From contig JAMOUX010000044.1 of NCBI GenBank assembly GCA_027067855.1, positions 3,965-67,964 of the forward strand: DNA of 64,000 nt, given 5' to 3'. Below are positions 27,116-36,058 of the stretch, piece by piece (position 1 is the first letter of the stretch; each line of letters begins with the position of its first letter). The DNA is from Candidatus Fermentibacteraceae bacterium (lineage in GTDB: Bacteria; Fermentibacterota; Fermentibacteria; Fermentibacterales; JCC-6). The translations under genes and the position numbers were made by a program. The notes below the pieces were generated by a model that made no database searches, was not told the DNA's origin, and worked only from the letters and a program-made list of their open reading frames with translations.

Positions 27116-28296
27116 CTTATCCCCATCCTCCGTTTCAGCCGTTCCGTTTTTTCACGACTGAGCCTTACCAGGTCGGTTCCGTCATACAGCATCTTCCCCT
27201 TCGTATCCTTTACAGCCAGTCTCTCGGTACAGCAGTAACACGGATCTATCGCGGCCAGGATGATGGTGGCGTCCGAAATGGTTTCACCTTTAACCGTAGC
27301 CTTGTAGGTGGGAAGATTCATGAATGTCGGGGCTCTGACCTTATGCCTCAACGGCCTGTTCGTACCGTCGCTCTTCACAAAATGAAAGGTTTCTCCCCTG
27401 GGAGCCTCAATGTGACCGATACCCTCGCCGGGAGGCACGTCCTCTATGTTCGCGTCGATCTCACCCTCCGGCAACCTGTTAAGGCAATATTTCAGGATTT
27501 TGACCGATTCGAACATCTCCAGGATCCGAATCACGGCCTTGTCGAAAACATCACCGTTCCCGGTGACTATCATCTCCCATTCCATTTCCCGGTAGGCTCC
27601 GTAGGGCGAATCCTTCCTGACATCCCTGGCGACTCCGGATGCACGGGACGTGGGTCCCAGGGCGCTGAACTCTATCGCTTCCTGGTAGGTGAGCACCCCA
27701 ACGCCCTTCAGCCTGGCGTGAAGCACCGGATCGTCCAGGACGGCTTTCTTCAGCATATCGAGAGTGGGGAGTATGGAATCTATCTTCTTGAGGCATACTG
27801 GAATATCCTCTTTTTTGATATCCCGTCGGACACCTCCGGGTTTGAACATGGCGTAGTTATTCCTGTTTCCCGAGAGGATTTCCATCACGTCCAGTATTTC
27901 CTCCCTGAGCTTCCAGGCCCACATATAAACCGTATTGTAACCCAGGAAGTGCCCCGCAAGGCCCAGCCACAGCAAGTGAGAATGAATTCTTTCGGCTTCC
28001 GCTATTATCGTTCTTATGTACTTCGCTCGTACGGGAACTTCCATGGGGAATATGTCCTCCACGGCCCTGGTATAGGCGAAGGGATGGCTCGTGGAGCAGA
28101 TACCGCAAATCCTTTCCACTACGAAGGTGCTGTTCTCGAAAGTCTTGCTCTCCGAAAGCTTCTCTATCCCCCTGTGGTTGTATCCTATTCTTACGTCTAT
28201 GTCCACCACGGTCTCACCCTCCACCGTGAGGGTGAAAAACTCCGGCTCTTCCTGCAGAGGATGGTACGGGCCTATGGGTATTACGGTTCTGCCCAT
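27112..28296 (-). CDS. Group 4 [NiFe]-hydrogenase large subunit
   Basis: GYNHRGIEK, L1 ERICGICS, EAPRGE, L2 DPCYCCTER, followed by a C-terminal extension. Confidence 0.93.
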   Translation of the reverse strand: MGRTVIPIGPYHPLQEEPEFFTLTVEGETVVDIDVRIGYNHRGIEKLSESKTFENSTFVVERICGICSTSHPFAYTRAVEDIFPMEVPVRAKYIRTIIAEAERIHSHLLWLGLAGHFLGYNTVYMWAWKLREEILDVMEILSGNRNNYAMFKPGGVRRDIKKEDIPVCLKKIDSILPTLDMLKKAVLDDPVLHARLKGVGVLTYQEAIEFSALGPTSRASGVARDVRKDSPYGAYREMEWEMIVTGNGDVFDKAVIRILEMFESVKILKYCLNRLPEGEIDANIEDVPPGEGIGHIEAPRGETFHFVKSDGTNRPLRHKVRAPTFMNLPTYKATVKGETISDATIILAAIDPCYCCTERLAVKDTKGKMLYDGTDLVRLSREKTERLKRRMGIR

Positions 28297-28297
28297 A

Positions 28298-28783
28298 TCA
28301 GATCCCCCTCGTTCTGTCGGCCGATTCGTCCCATTCTTCGTAATCCTGCCTCAGCGGGTAGACGCATTCCGGCCAGTTGTCGGCGAGCAAAAGCCTCCTG
28401 GGATCCGGATGGCCGGTGAATGTGATTCCCAGGAGTTCGCTCATCTCCCTTTCGATCCAGTTGCACGCCTCTATCTCCCGGGCCAGGGAATCCACCACCG
28501 GGTTCTCCCTGTCCAGAAACACCCTGAGGGAAATAATGAGGTTCACGTCCTCGACTATGAAATGGTAGAGAATCTCTATGTTCGGAGGCAGGTCCGTAGC
28601 CGACGCTATGTTGAACCTGGCACCCATGTTCCTGAAAAGGTAGGTACCTATCCCGACTATCGATTCGGGTTTTATCGTCACGTACAACCTGCTGCCGGAC
28701 TTGTCGTAGTAATCGATGATATCATCGTTGAAACGGCTCGTGAAATCCAGCAGTACTTCTTCTCTAGTCATTTCCACTGCCAA
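28298..28783 (-). CDS. NuoC/MbhK-like hydrogenase subunit
   Basis: NWIEREMSELLGITFTGHPDPRRLLL...YPLR. Confidence 0.88.
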   Translation of the reverse strand: MAVEMTREEVLLDFTSRFNDDIIDYYDKSGSRLYVTIKPESIVGIGTYLFRNMGARFNIASATDLPPNIEILYHFIVEDVNLIISLRVFLDRENPVVDSLAREIEACNWIEREMSELLGITFTGHPDPRRLLLADNWPECVYPLRQDYEEWDESADRTRGI

Positions 28784-29192
28784 CCTTCTCGATGAGTTTC
28801 ACCACTCCGGCAATGATCGCCTCCGGTTTTGGAGGACATCCCGGAATGTAGACGTCGACCGGGATTATCTTGTCCAACGGCACCGGGCAGTTGTAACTGT
28901 CCTTGAAAATGCCCCTGGAAGCGGTACACGTTCCCACGGCAACCACCAGGCACGGTTTTGGAACCTGCTCCCAAAGTTCCTTCATCCGCTCCACGGACAT
29001 CCTGTTGCACGAACCGGTAACCAGCAGGACGTCGGCATGCTTGATACTTCCCGCAAGGAGCATACCGAATCTCTCTATATCGAACCTGGGCGTGAGGCAA
29101 TCCAATATCTCGATGTCGCAATTGTTGCAGCTGCCCGTAGAGAGGTGGAACACCCAGGGGGATTTCAGAAGAGCTTTCAACTTCAGGCTCAT
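28764..29192 (-). CDS. Group 4 hydrogenase small subunit (NuoB/MbhJ-like)
   Basis: GSCNNCDIE, HADVLLVTG, VGTC, PVDVYIPGCPPKPE. Confidence 0.92.
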   Translation of the reverse strand: MSLKLKALLKSPWVFHLSTGSCNNCDIEILDCLTPRFDIERFGMLLAGSIKHADVLLVTGSCNRMSVERMKELWEQVPKPCLVVAVGTCTASRGIFKDSYNCPVPLDKIIPVDVYIPGCPPKPEAIIAGVVKLIEKVGSGND

Positions 29193-29217
29193 GGTCGTTA
29201 CGGCTCCACCCTTCCTT

Positions 29218-30132
29218 CTATATACCGTTCAGGGCCAGCACCACGGCGATCACCGCCAGGATCGTCACCGGACCCCAGAAGAACCTTACGGCCTGATCTA
29301 TGCGGACCCTGGGATTCGTATTCCGAATCACGGTGAGAATCGCCACTATCCCCACGTATTCCAGGAGCGTACGGAAAAAACCCGGACCACTGAAACGAAG
29401 ACCGCCGAAAAACAATACCAGGAGGAAAAAAGGCAGCGTGAACAGCAACATGCTCCTGGTAAGCTTGAAAATTCCCAAAGCCGGACCGGAATACTCGACC
29501 AACGGACCTTCCACTATCTCGGTTTCAGCTTCGGGAATATCGAAAGGAACCATGGCCAGCTTGGCCTGTATGCACAGGATCGCCACCGCCAGCGCTATCA
29601 TCCCCGAAATATGACCCGCGGTCATAAAGGACTTCTGACTCTCGATTATGTCACCCAATCCGAAACTTCCGGCCCAGATCACGGGCACCAGGATGGCCAG
29701 GATGAAAGGTAACTCATAGGCCACTACCAGTTTCATCTCCCTCGAAGCTCCCAGGCTCGCCAGGGGGTTCCCCGAGGCAAAGCCGCCGAGGATTATACTC
29801 AGCGAGGGTATCGTCAGAAGGTAGACGGCCACTATCAAGTCGCCCATGAATCCCGCCGCATGCAACTGGTTCGCCCAGAGAACAGTGGAAGCCGATACGA
29901 CTCCTGCAAAACCCAGCAACGGCGCGAACAGGAACATTTCCCTGGCTGCTCCGGCGGGTATCACGGTCTCCTTGCCCAGCAGCTTGACGATATCTATGAG
30001 AGGCTGGAGAAAAGGAGGACCCACCCGGTACTGTACCCTGGCGGTCACCTTTCTGTCTATCCAACTGGTCACCAGGCCCATCACGATGGTGACGACGAGT
30101 CCGAAAACCAGGAAGTAAAGCAAGAACATCAT
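29218..30132 (-). CDS. NuoH/MbhM-like membrane subunit
   Basis: DRKVTARVQYRVGPP, PFDIPEAETEIVEG, NPRVRIDQ. Confidence 0.92.
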   Translation of the reverse strand: MMFLLYFLVFGLVVTIVMGLVTSWIDRKVTARVQYRVGPPFLQPLIDIVKLLGKETVIPAGAAREMFLFAPLLGFAGVVSASTVLWANQLHAAGFMGDLIVAVYLLTIPSLSIILGGFASGNPLASLGASREMKLVVAYELPFILAILVPVIWAGSFGLGDIIESQKSFMTAGHISGMIALAVAILCIQAKLAMVPFDIPEAETEIVEGPLVEYSGPALGIFKLTRSMLLFTLPFFLLVLFFGGLRFSGPGFFRTLLEYVGIVAILTVIRNTNPRVRIDQAVRFFWGPVTILAVIAVVLALNGI

Positions 30133-30677
30133 GCCCTGCTCCTGTCCCAGTGGGTGGAATGTACCACGAGCCTTTCACCGAGCCCGAATACGTTCTCTCC
30201 CTCTATTTCACCCTCTACCACCGACAGGGCCCCGTACGGGCACGTGGGGACGCAGGTGTATTCCCCGCGGCCCCGGCAATAGTCGCAGATGTCGGCCATC
30301 CCGGGAAGAATCTCGGGGTATATGGTTCCATACGGACAAGCATGGGAACAAGACCTGCAGGAGACGCACCTCATGGTATGCCTTACAAGAACGCCGTCCT
30401 CGCGTTTTTCGATGGCATCCTTGGGACAGACGTTCACGCAATGGGGCTCCAGGCACCTGCGGCAAACCAGGGCATACGTGGCCAGTTCGATCAGCGAGAT
30501 GATGCCGTTGTTGTAGGGATGGAAAAAGTAGCTGCATTCAACCACGCAACCCCCGCACTTGTCGGAACTGCATATGTCCAGGTCTATTAAGAGCCTTCTG
30601 CCGTCCTTTCTTTTCCTGACGGCATTCATATCTCCATGAAGCTGGTCTATGCTTGTCCCGTTCCTATCCATGATCAC
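30129..30677 (-). CDS. Multi-[4Fe-4S] ferredoxin-like electron-transfer protein
   Basis: CRRCLEPHCVNVCP, CVSCRSCSHACP, CDYC...CVPTCP. Confidence 0.85.
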   Translation of the reverse strand: MIMDRNGTSIDQLHGDMNAVRKRKDGRRLLIDLDICSSDKCGGCVVECSYFFHPYNNGIISLIELATYALVCRRCLEPHCVNVCPKDAIEKREDGVLVRHTMRCVSCRSCSHACPYGTIYPEILPGMADICDYCRGRGEYTCVPTCPYGALSVVEGEIEGENVFGLGERLVVHSTHWDRSRA

Positions 30678-31493
30678 CTATTCCCAAATGCCGGGATAGT
30701 CCCGTATCATGTCGTAAGTAAAGACCGGGCCGTCCTTGCAGCAATAGTACGGCCCTATGCGGCAATGTCCGCATTTACCGAAACCGCATGACATGTTCTT
30801 TTCCATGGACAGGTATATATTCCTGTCTTTTACTCCGAGTTCCTGGAGCTTAAAAGTAGCGAATTTCATCATTATCGGCGGCCCGCACACCACCGCCCTC
30901 GCCCTGGAAAAATTGACGTCGATGTCATCCATGATCGTGGTAACGACTCCCACCGGGCCGTTCCAGGCCTCGTCCGCCTGGTCCACGGTAAGCTTCATGT
31001 CCAGGTCGCTCCTTTTCATCCAGTCCTCGAGTTCACTTCTATAGAGCAATTCACCGGGATTCCTGCAGCCGGCACGGTAAACCAGTTTGTCTATCTGGTC
31101 ACGCATGTGAAAGAGCCCGTACATCAAGGTCCTTATCGGTGCGAGGCCCACTCCGCCGCCCACTACGATGACATCCTGGCCGATGAATTTCGTCATGGGG
31201 TAACCCTTGCCCAGGGGTCCCCTCAGTCCCACCGTGTCTCCCGGTTTCAAGTCGTGTATGGCCTCCGTAACCTTCCCGACTTTCACGATGGTTATTTCCA
31301 TCGTTTCTTTTATCTCCGAGTCCGAAGACGGCGTGAAAGGAGCCTCACCCACGCCGGGAACGGACATTTCCATGAACTGCCCGGGCCTGAACGTGAGTTT
31401 CTCCCCGGGTTTGAGGAGGAACGTTTTTATGGTAGGCGTCTCCGTCGTAACCTTGAGAACCTCGGTCTTTATGGATCGATAAGGATTCTTCAT
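30678..31493 (-). CDS. FAD/NAD(P)-binding [2Fe-2S] oxidoreductase (AsrB / FlxA / sulfhydrogenase gamma-like)
   Basis: PGQF...GEAPF, RGPLGKG, GGGVGLAP, CGPPIMM, MSCGFGKCGHC...CKDGPVF. Confidence 0.9.
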   Translation of the reverse strand: MKNPYRSIKTEVLKVTTETPTIKTFLLKPGEKLTFRPGQFMEMSVPGVGEAPFTPSSDSEIKETMEITIVKVGKVTEAIHDLKPGDTVGLRGPLGKGYPMTKFIGQDVIVVGGGVGLAPIRTLMYGLFHMRDQIDKLVYRAGCRNPGELLYRSELEDWMKRSDLDMKLTVDQADEAWNGPVGVVTTIMDDIDVNFSRARAVVCGPPIMMKFATFKLQELGVKDRNIYLSMEKNMSCGFGKCGHCRIGPYYCCKDGPVFTYDMIRDYPGIWE

Positions 31494-31496
31494 TTG

Positions 31497-32522
31497 CTAT
31501 ACTTCCAGCCTCGCAAGAACTTCCCTGATGTCGATCTTCCCCGGGCACGCGGCTATGCATCTTCCGCATCCCGTACAGGCGATCTCCCCGGCCACCTCCG
31601 GGAAATAGTTGAACTTCTTGTCGAACCTGTTTCGCAGCCGCATCCAGAGCCTCGCCCTGGGATTCTCCCCTCCGGCGACCCTGGCAAAGTCCTTTATCAT
31701 GCAGGAATCCCACACCCTGAAACGTGCGAACTTATCATCGGTCTTCTGTTCGTAGAGAAGGAAACAATGGCATGTGGGGCAGACGGTATTGCAAGCGCCG
31801 CATTCCACGCAATTCCGGGAAGATTCCTCCCAAACCTCCATGTTCTCGTACTGCTTGGTGACTATTCTTTCCAGCCTGCGGTAGGCGGGAATGTTCTTCT
31901 CGGCCACCCGGACTTCCACTTCTTTTTTGACGGCCTTACGGTTTTCCTTCACCGCCCCGTCCAGCTTGACATCTTCCACATTTCTGAAAAGAAGACTGTA
32001 CTCTTCCACCAGTTTTTTACCCTTCCCGCTGCCCAACTCGACCACGAAACCACCGTCCACGGGTGAAAGGTTAATGTCGAATTGAGAATCGGGCCAGGGA
32101 TTCAGGTTGACGGCGGTACAGAAGCAATTCTCTCCCACCGCCGTACAATCCGAGGAAATTATCAGGCCGTCCCTGCGGGCCTTCATGTAGGTAGGATCAC
32201 CGAATTCCTCGTCTATGAAAACGAAATCCAGTATCTTGAACCCTTTAAGGTCGCAGGATTTTACGCCGACCATGCAGGGCGGTTTGTCATTTTTTCTTGG
32301 AATATCGGGTTTGAAATCCTCGGCGACCTTCTCTCTCCCCAGGAAGTAGAAAGACTTAAGAGGATCGAAAGATCTTATCCCGCCGACGGCGTAATCGGTT
32401 CCAGGCCCCCGGTACCTGGTATAGCCCGCGCCTCTCGCTGTATTAACCGGAACGTATACGTGATAATCTCCCGAAAGGGAATCTAGAAGCTCATCAAGAT
32501 CGGCATGCTTCAGAAAAATCAT
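31497..32522 (-). CDS. [4Fe-4S] protein, AsrA / FlxD / sulfhydrogenase beta-like
   Basis: GVKSCDL, CFCT, CVECGACNTVCPTCHCF, RVWDSC, CTGCGRCIAACP. Confidence 0.88.
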   Translation of the reverse strand: MIFLKHADLDELLDSLSGDYHVYVPVNTARGAGYTRYRGPGTDYAVGGIRSFDPLKSFYFLGREKVAEDFKPDIPRKNDKPPCMVGVKSCDLKGFKILDFVFIDEEFGDPTYMKARRDGLIISSDCTAVGENCFCTAVNLNPWPDSQFDINLSPVDGGFVVELGSGKGKKLVEEYSLLFRNVEDVKLDGAVKENRKAVKKEVEVRVAEKNIPAYRRLERIVTKQYENMEVWEESSRNCVECGACNTVCPTCHCFLLYEQKTDDKFARFRVWDSCMIKDFARVAGGENPRARLWMRLRNRFDKKFNYFPEVAGEIACTGCGRCIAACPGKIDIREVLARLEV

Positions 32523-32528
32523 GAAAAA

Positions 32529-32557
32529 GAAATAGGAACCCGATTCCGCTTTGTCAA
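32529..32557 (-). promoter_or_regulatory. Putative sigma70 promoter of the hydrogenase operon (possibly leaderless)
   Basis: TTGACA-N17-TATTTC-N6-ATG. Confidence 0.4.
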
Positions 32558-32658
32558 GTGGGTATTGCATATCACCGTCGATTGATCACCATCATCTTGC
32601 ATGGCAACATGATATATAACCCTTGACAATCCGGTGTTACGTCAAGTCCTTTACGGTA

Positions 32659-34881
32659 CTATTTTCGTGCCGGTAGACACGAAGCGGTATTACCGTCCCC
32701 GTAAAGAAAGGAGTAGACCTGGAAATCGTGGTTGACCTTCCGGGTATAGTTCTTGGTCTCGTTGTACGTTATGAGGGAGTAAAATTCCTCGACGGACATG
32801 TCGAAAGCTCCCCAGTGGGTCGCGTTATGTGGTCCGCCATTATAGGCGGCGGCGGTGAGAACCGGGTTTCCTCCCATGGTTTCAGCCAAGCCCGCTATGT
32901 AACACGTACCATATTCTATGGAAACTTCCGGATCGTACAACCTATCGGGCGAAAAATCATCCCATCCGTTCTCCAGGGCAACATACTCCGACGTGCTCGG
33001 AATCATCTGTATCAATCCCCTGGCCCCGGCGACGGAATACGTTGATGGCCTGAACATGCTCTCGTTCCTCATAATAGCCCATATGAACAGGGGATCTATG
33101 CCGTACCTGCGTGACGCCGGAATCACCAGTTCCGGCCAGGCCTCCTGGTAACGCAACATCCAAAGCTCCCTGGGTCTCGCCTCCCCTTCGCCTCCGAGAT
33201 TCCACATAACGTACCCTGATAACGGTTTTCGTTCCCATACATCGTTCTCAAGGTAGAAAGGAGCCAGGAATCGCGGGCCGCCCACCTTCTCCTCTCCCGC
33301 CAGAAACTCGTCCACGGCGTAACCCCGTAATCCGGCCCTCTGCAGGAACAATCCCCTGAGCGTCTCCTGAGGTGGTTCGGCCGGGATCACACCGTGCCTC
33401 CGCATCCAATGCCTCAATGGTTCCTCGCTCACCTCCGGCTTCCAGGCCGGAAGACCCAGCATGTCGCGGGCAAACCGCGCCGGAAGACCGTCGGAAGCAG
33501 CGTCCGCCAGGTCCTCCAGTATATCTCTTCCCCCGGGATCCCCTCGCCGGTACAGGATCCTTCCCAGCCAATACTCGGCGGAAGAAAGGTATACGCTTCC
33601 CGGCCACCTGCGGATGAAACGTCTCAATTCCGCAACCGCGGCGGTAGTGTCCCCGGTTTTCATAAGCGAGAAGCACAGGTAAAAATGAGCATCGTCGGCG
33701 GTTACGTTGCCCGGATATTCCTCCGGAGTCTTACGGAACCAGGGTATGGCCTTCTTCCAAATCCTGTTTCCGGCGTACAGATCGCCCATATACCACGGCA
33801 GGTTGCTTATCCGGCAATGATCCGGGTAATCTTCCCCGTACTCCATGAGCACCTTCGAACCTTCATCCGGCCTGCCGGAACGCCCCAGGTTCCTTCCCAG
33901 GTATATCATTACATCCCGGATGTCCCGCCCTCCGGGCCATCTCTCCATGTACTCCTTCAGCATTTCCACTGCGATGTCGTAAAAACCCAGTCGATCCCTG
34001 GTTCTCGCGGCCAGATACCAGAGATGGGGATCGGGAGCGTTCGAATTACGGGCCATATCGTACAACTCGTTCCAGAGGCCGCCGGAATAGAAACAGTCGG
34101 CTATCGACGCCGCCAAAGAACTATCATGCAGAATTTCGTTCCTGATGAGATCATAGGCGGCCGCGTGAACGGGAGCCGCCGGCCACAGGCGGAAAGACTC
34201 GACGAATTCCTCCCTGAATCCGCCACGACTTTCGCGGAACTTCCACGCACCCAGGTAATGGCGGAGAAGAGATTCCAGACGGGAATCGTTTCCGGCCCGC
34301 ACCTTCGCCAGGATGTACTCCGCCCCCGACACATCCCCGGTACCCAGGAGTCCCCGGAAAAGCAGAACGGAGCGCCTGTCGTCCGCGGCCTCCGGAAGGT
34401 CTTCAGGCACCCGGCGGAGCGCAACGACGGCGCCGGCGTAATCACCGGATTCCACCAACGTATCGGCAATAACCAGGAAGAGGTACTCCGGCATGACGCA
34501 ACCGTACCTCGAAACGTATGAAAGTATCGACGGAACAACTTCCGCTCCGCCGATTCGAAGAGCCACGTACGGCCCCAGGGAATCCGGTTTTTCAAGCAGC
34601 AGGTGCGCAGTGACAAGGCTCCGGGCGTTACATTCGAAAGCGGATTTCCAAGCGAGTTCCCATCTCAGGCTGTCACCCACGGGTCTGAGCAGCGCGGCCC
34701 TTACGTATTCCTTTCCGGCTTCCCCGGAAAAACCGCGGGCCAAAAGGGAATCCCCCCTCGCCTCGGCCAGGAGGCTTCGCTCCAGACGTGAAACATCCGC
34801 TTCCGATCTCACCATCCCGCACCCGGCGACGGCGGCCAGGAACAGGACGGCGAAAATCAGTCTACGAACCGTACTTCGCAA
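32659..34881 (-). CDS. Slt70-like lytic transglycosylase with TPR repeats (lipoprotein)
   Basis: Lipobox-like VAGC; AIMRNESMF, GARGLIQMIP, AAYNGGP, ETKNY. Confidence 0.88.
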   Translation of the reverse strand: MRSTVRRLIFAVLFLAAVAGCGMVRSEADVSRLERSLLAEARGDSLLARGFSGEAGKEYVRAALLRPVGDSLRWELAWKSAFECNARSLVTAHLLLEKPDSLGPYVALRIGGAEVVPSILSYVSRYGCVMPEYLFLVIADTLVESGDYAGAVVALRRVPEDLPEAADDRRSVLLFRGLLGTGDVSGAEYILAKVRAGNDSRLESLLRHYLGAWKFRESRGGFREEFVESFRLWPAAPVHAAAYDLIRNEILHDSSLAASIADCFYSGGLWNELYDMARNSNAPDPHLWYLAARTRDRLGFYDIAVEMLKEYMERWPGGRDIRDVMIYLGRNLGRSGRPDEGSKVLMEYGEDYPDHCRISNLPWYMGDLYAGNRIWKKAIPWFRKTPEEYPGNVTADDAHFYLCFSLMKTGDTTAAVAELRRFIRRWPGSVYLSSAEYWLGRILYRRGDPGGRDILEDLADAASDGLPARFARDMLGLPAWKPEVSEEPLRHWMRRHGVIPAEPPQETLRGLFLQRAGLRGYAVDEFLAGEEKVGGPRFLAPFYLENDVWERKPLSGYVMWNLGGEGEARPRELWMLRYQEAWPELVIPASRRYGIDPLFIWAIMRNESMFRPSTYSVAGARGLIQMIPSTSEYVALENGWDDFSPDRLYDPEVSIEYGTCYIAGLAETMGGNPVLTAAAYNGGPHNATHWGAFDMSVEEFYSLITYNETKNYTRKVNHDFQVYSFLYGDGNTASCLPARK

Positions 34882-36058
34882 ATTCCCGCACCAGTTCCGG
34901 GTGTTCCGGCGCCACTTTCTCCGCTTTCTTCAGAAGTTCCAGTGCCTTGGCATGTTCGCCCTGAAGCGAGTAGGCCCTGCTCAGGGCTACCATCGCGCCG
35001 ACGGAGGTATTTTCACCGTCCTCCAGGTATTTCTGAAGAAAATCTATGCTGTCCCCGGTTCTTCCCGACATCATCATCACCGTTCCAAGGCCGGAAATCG
35101 CCGGTTCCAGGTCGGGATTCATATCCAGGGCTTTCTTGAAATGTCCTTCCGCGGCCTCCAGGTCTCCCATCGAAGCTTCCACATGAGCCATGTTCGCCAG
35201 GAGTTCCGGGTTCTCGGGATCCGATTCTATGGCTTCCTTCAAGGCGGCCAGGGCCTGATCGTATTCCGCGTTGTTGAAATGAATTATCGCCCTGCGGTTG
35301 AGATCCCTAACCCTGTTGTCCCGGACTTCGACGGAATGGACGGCGAGAAGTCCCTTCATATTCTCCAGCTGTTCCCGCTGGAGACGACCGTTCTCCTCTA
35401 CCTTACCGCCTATTTCCGAGACTTCCCTGACCGTTTCCTTCCTTATATCCTCCATACTCTCACGGATGGCATCCTCGGCATCCCCGACCTTCCCGGTTAT
35501 CTCTTCGATCTTTTCGACTACCATGCCCAGATTCTCCTCCAGCACCCGATCCCTCTGTTTCGAGGATTTTCCGATAACCTCGGTGATGGAAGCCTCAACG
35601 ATCCTGGCCGATTCGGATACGTTTTCGGACAACTTGTCCATGGCCTCGCCGAACTGCTCTTTGCTCACGGCGTCCTCAACTCTCCTGGTCAATACTTCCA
35701 GGAGTCCGTCCCTGGTGTTGCCCATATCCTCCCTGATACCGGCCAGTTCCACGCCGATATCCTCGAGTTTCCGCAGCATGTCCCCGGCGGCCGGAGCGGA
35801 AGTTTCCAGGTTCGCTTTCTCTCCCCCGACCGATCCCGCCGAAACCATCTCGGCCAAAAAATCGTTGGACCGGGCCAGCTCCGCCGAGATGTTTTTGAAA
35901 CTCTCTTCCAGAATACCCGAAAGCCCTTGCTGGAGATCTTCAACCCGTTTCTCAACTTTCTGAACGGATTCGTTCAGCTTGATCACCAGGCGTCCGATAC
36001 CCTGTATGAGTTCCTGCATGGTGATCTCGCTATTTTCGTTTCCGGTTCCCCCGCTCAT
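34862..36058 (-). CDS. Coiled-coil protein with C-terminal TPR repeats
   Basis: Heptad-rich N-terminal ~250 aa, then TPR-like repeats (YDQALAALKEAIESDP, AEGHFKKALDMNP). Confidence 0.7.
   Translation of the reverse strand: MSGGTGNENSEITMQELIQGIGRLVIKLNESVQKVEKRVEDLQQGLSGILEESFKNISAELARSNDFLAEMVSAGSVGGEKANLETSAPAAGDMLRKLEDIGVELAGIREDMGNTRDGLLEVLTRRVEDAVSKEQFGEAMDKLSENVSESARIVEASITEVIGKSSKQRDRVLEENLGMVVEKIEEITGKVGDAEDAIRESMEDIRKETVREVSEIGGKVEENGRLQREQLENMKGLLAVHSVEVRDNRVRDLNRRAIIHFNNAEYDQALAALKEAIESDPENPELLANMAHVEASMGDLEAAEGHFKKALDMNPDLEPAISGLGTVMMMSGRTGDSIDFLQKYLEDGENTSVGAMVALSRAYSLQGEHAKALELLKKAEKVAPEHPELVREFAKYGS

Noticed and set aside
27220-27250. [NiFeSe] hydrogenase, given the nearby selenium operon
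   Set aside because: L2 is encoded by TGT/TGC/TGT; the large subunit has no in-frame TGA.
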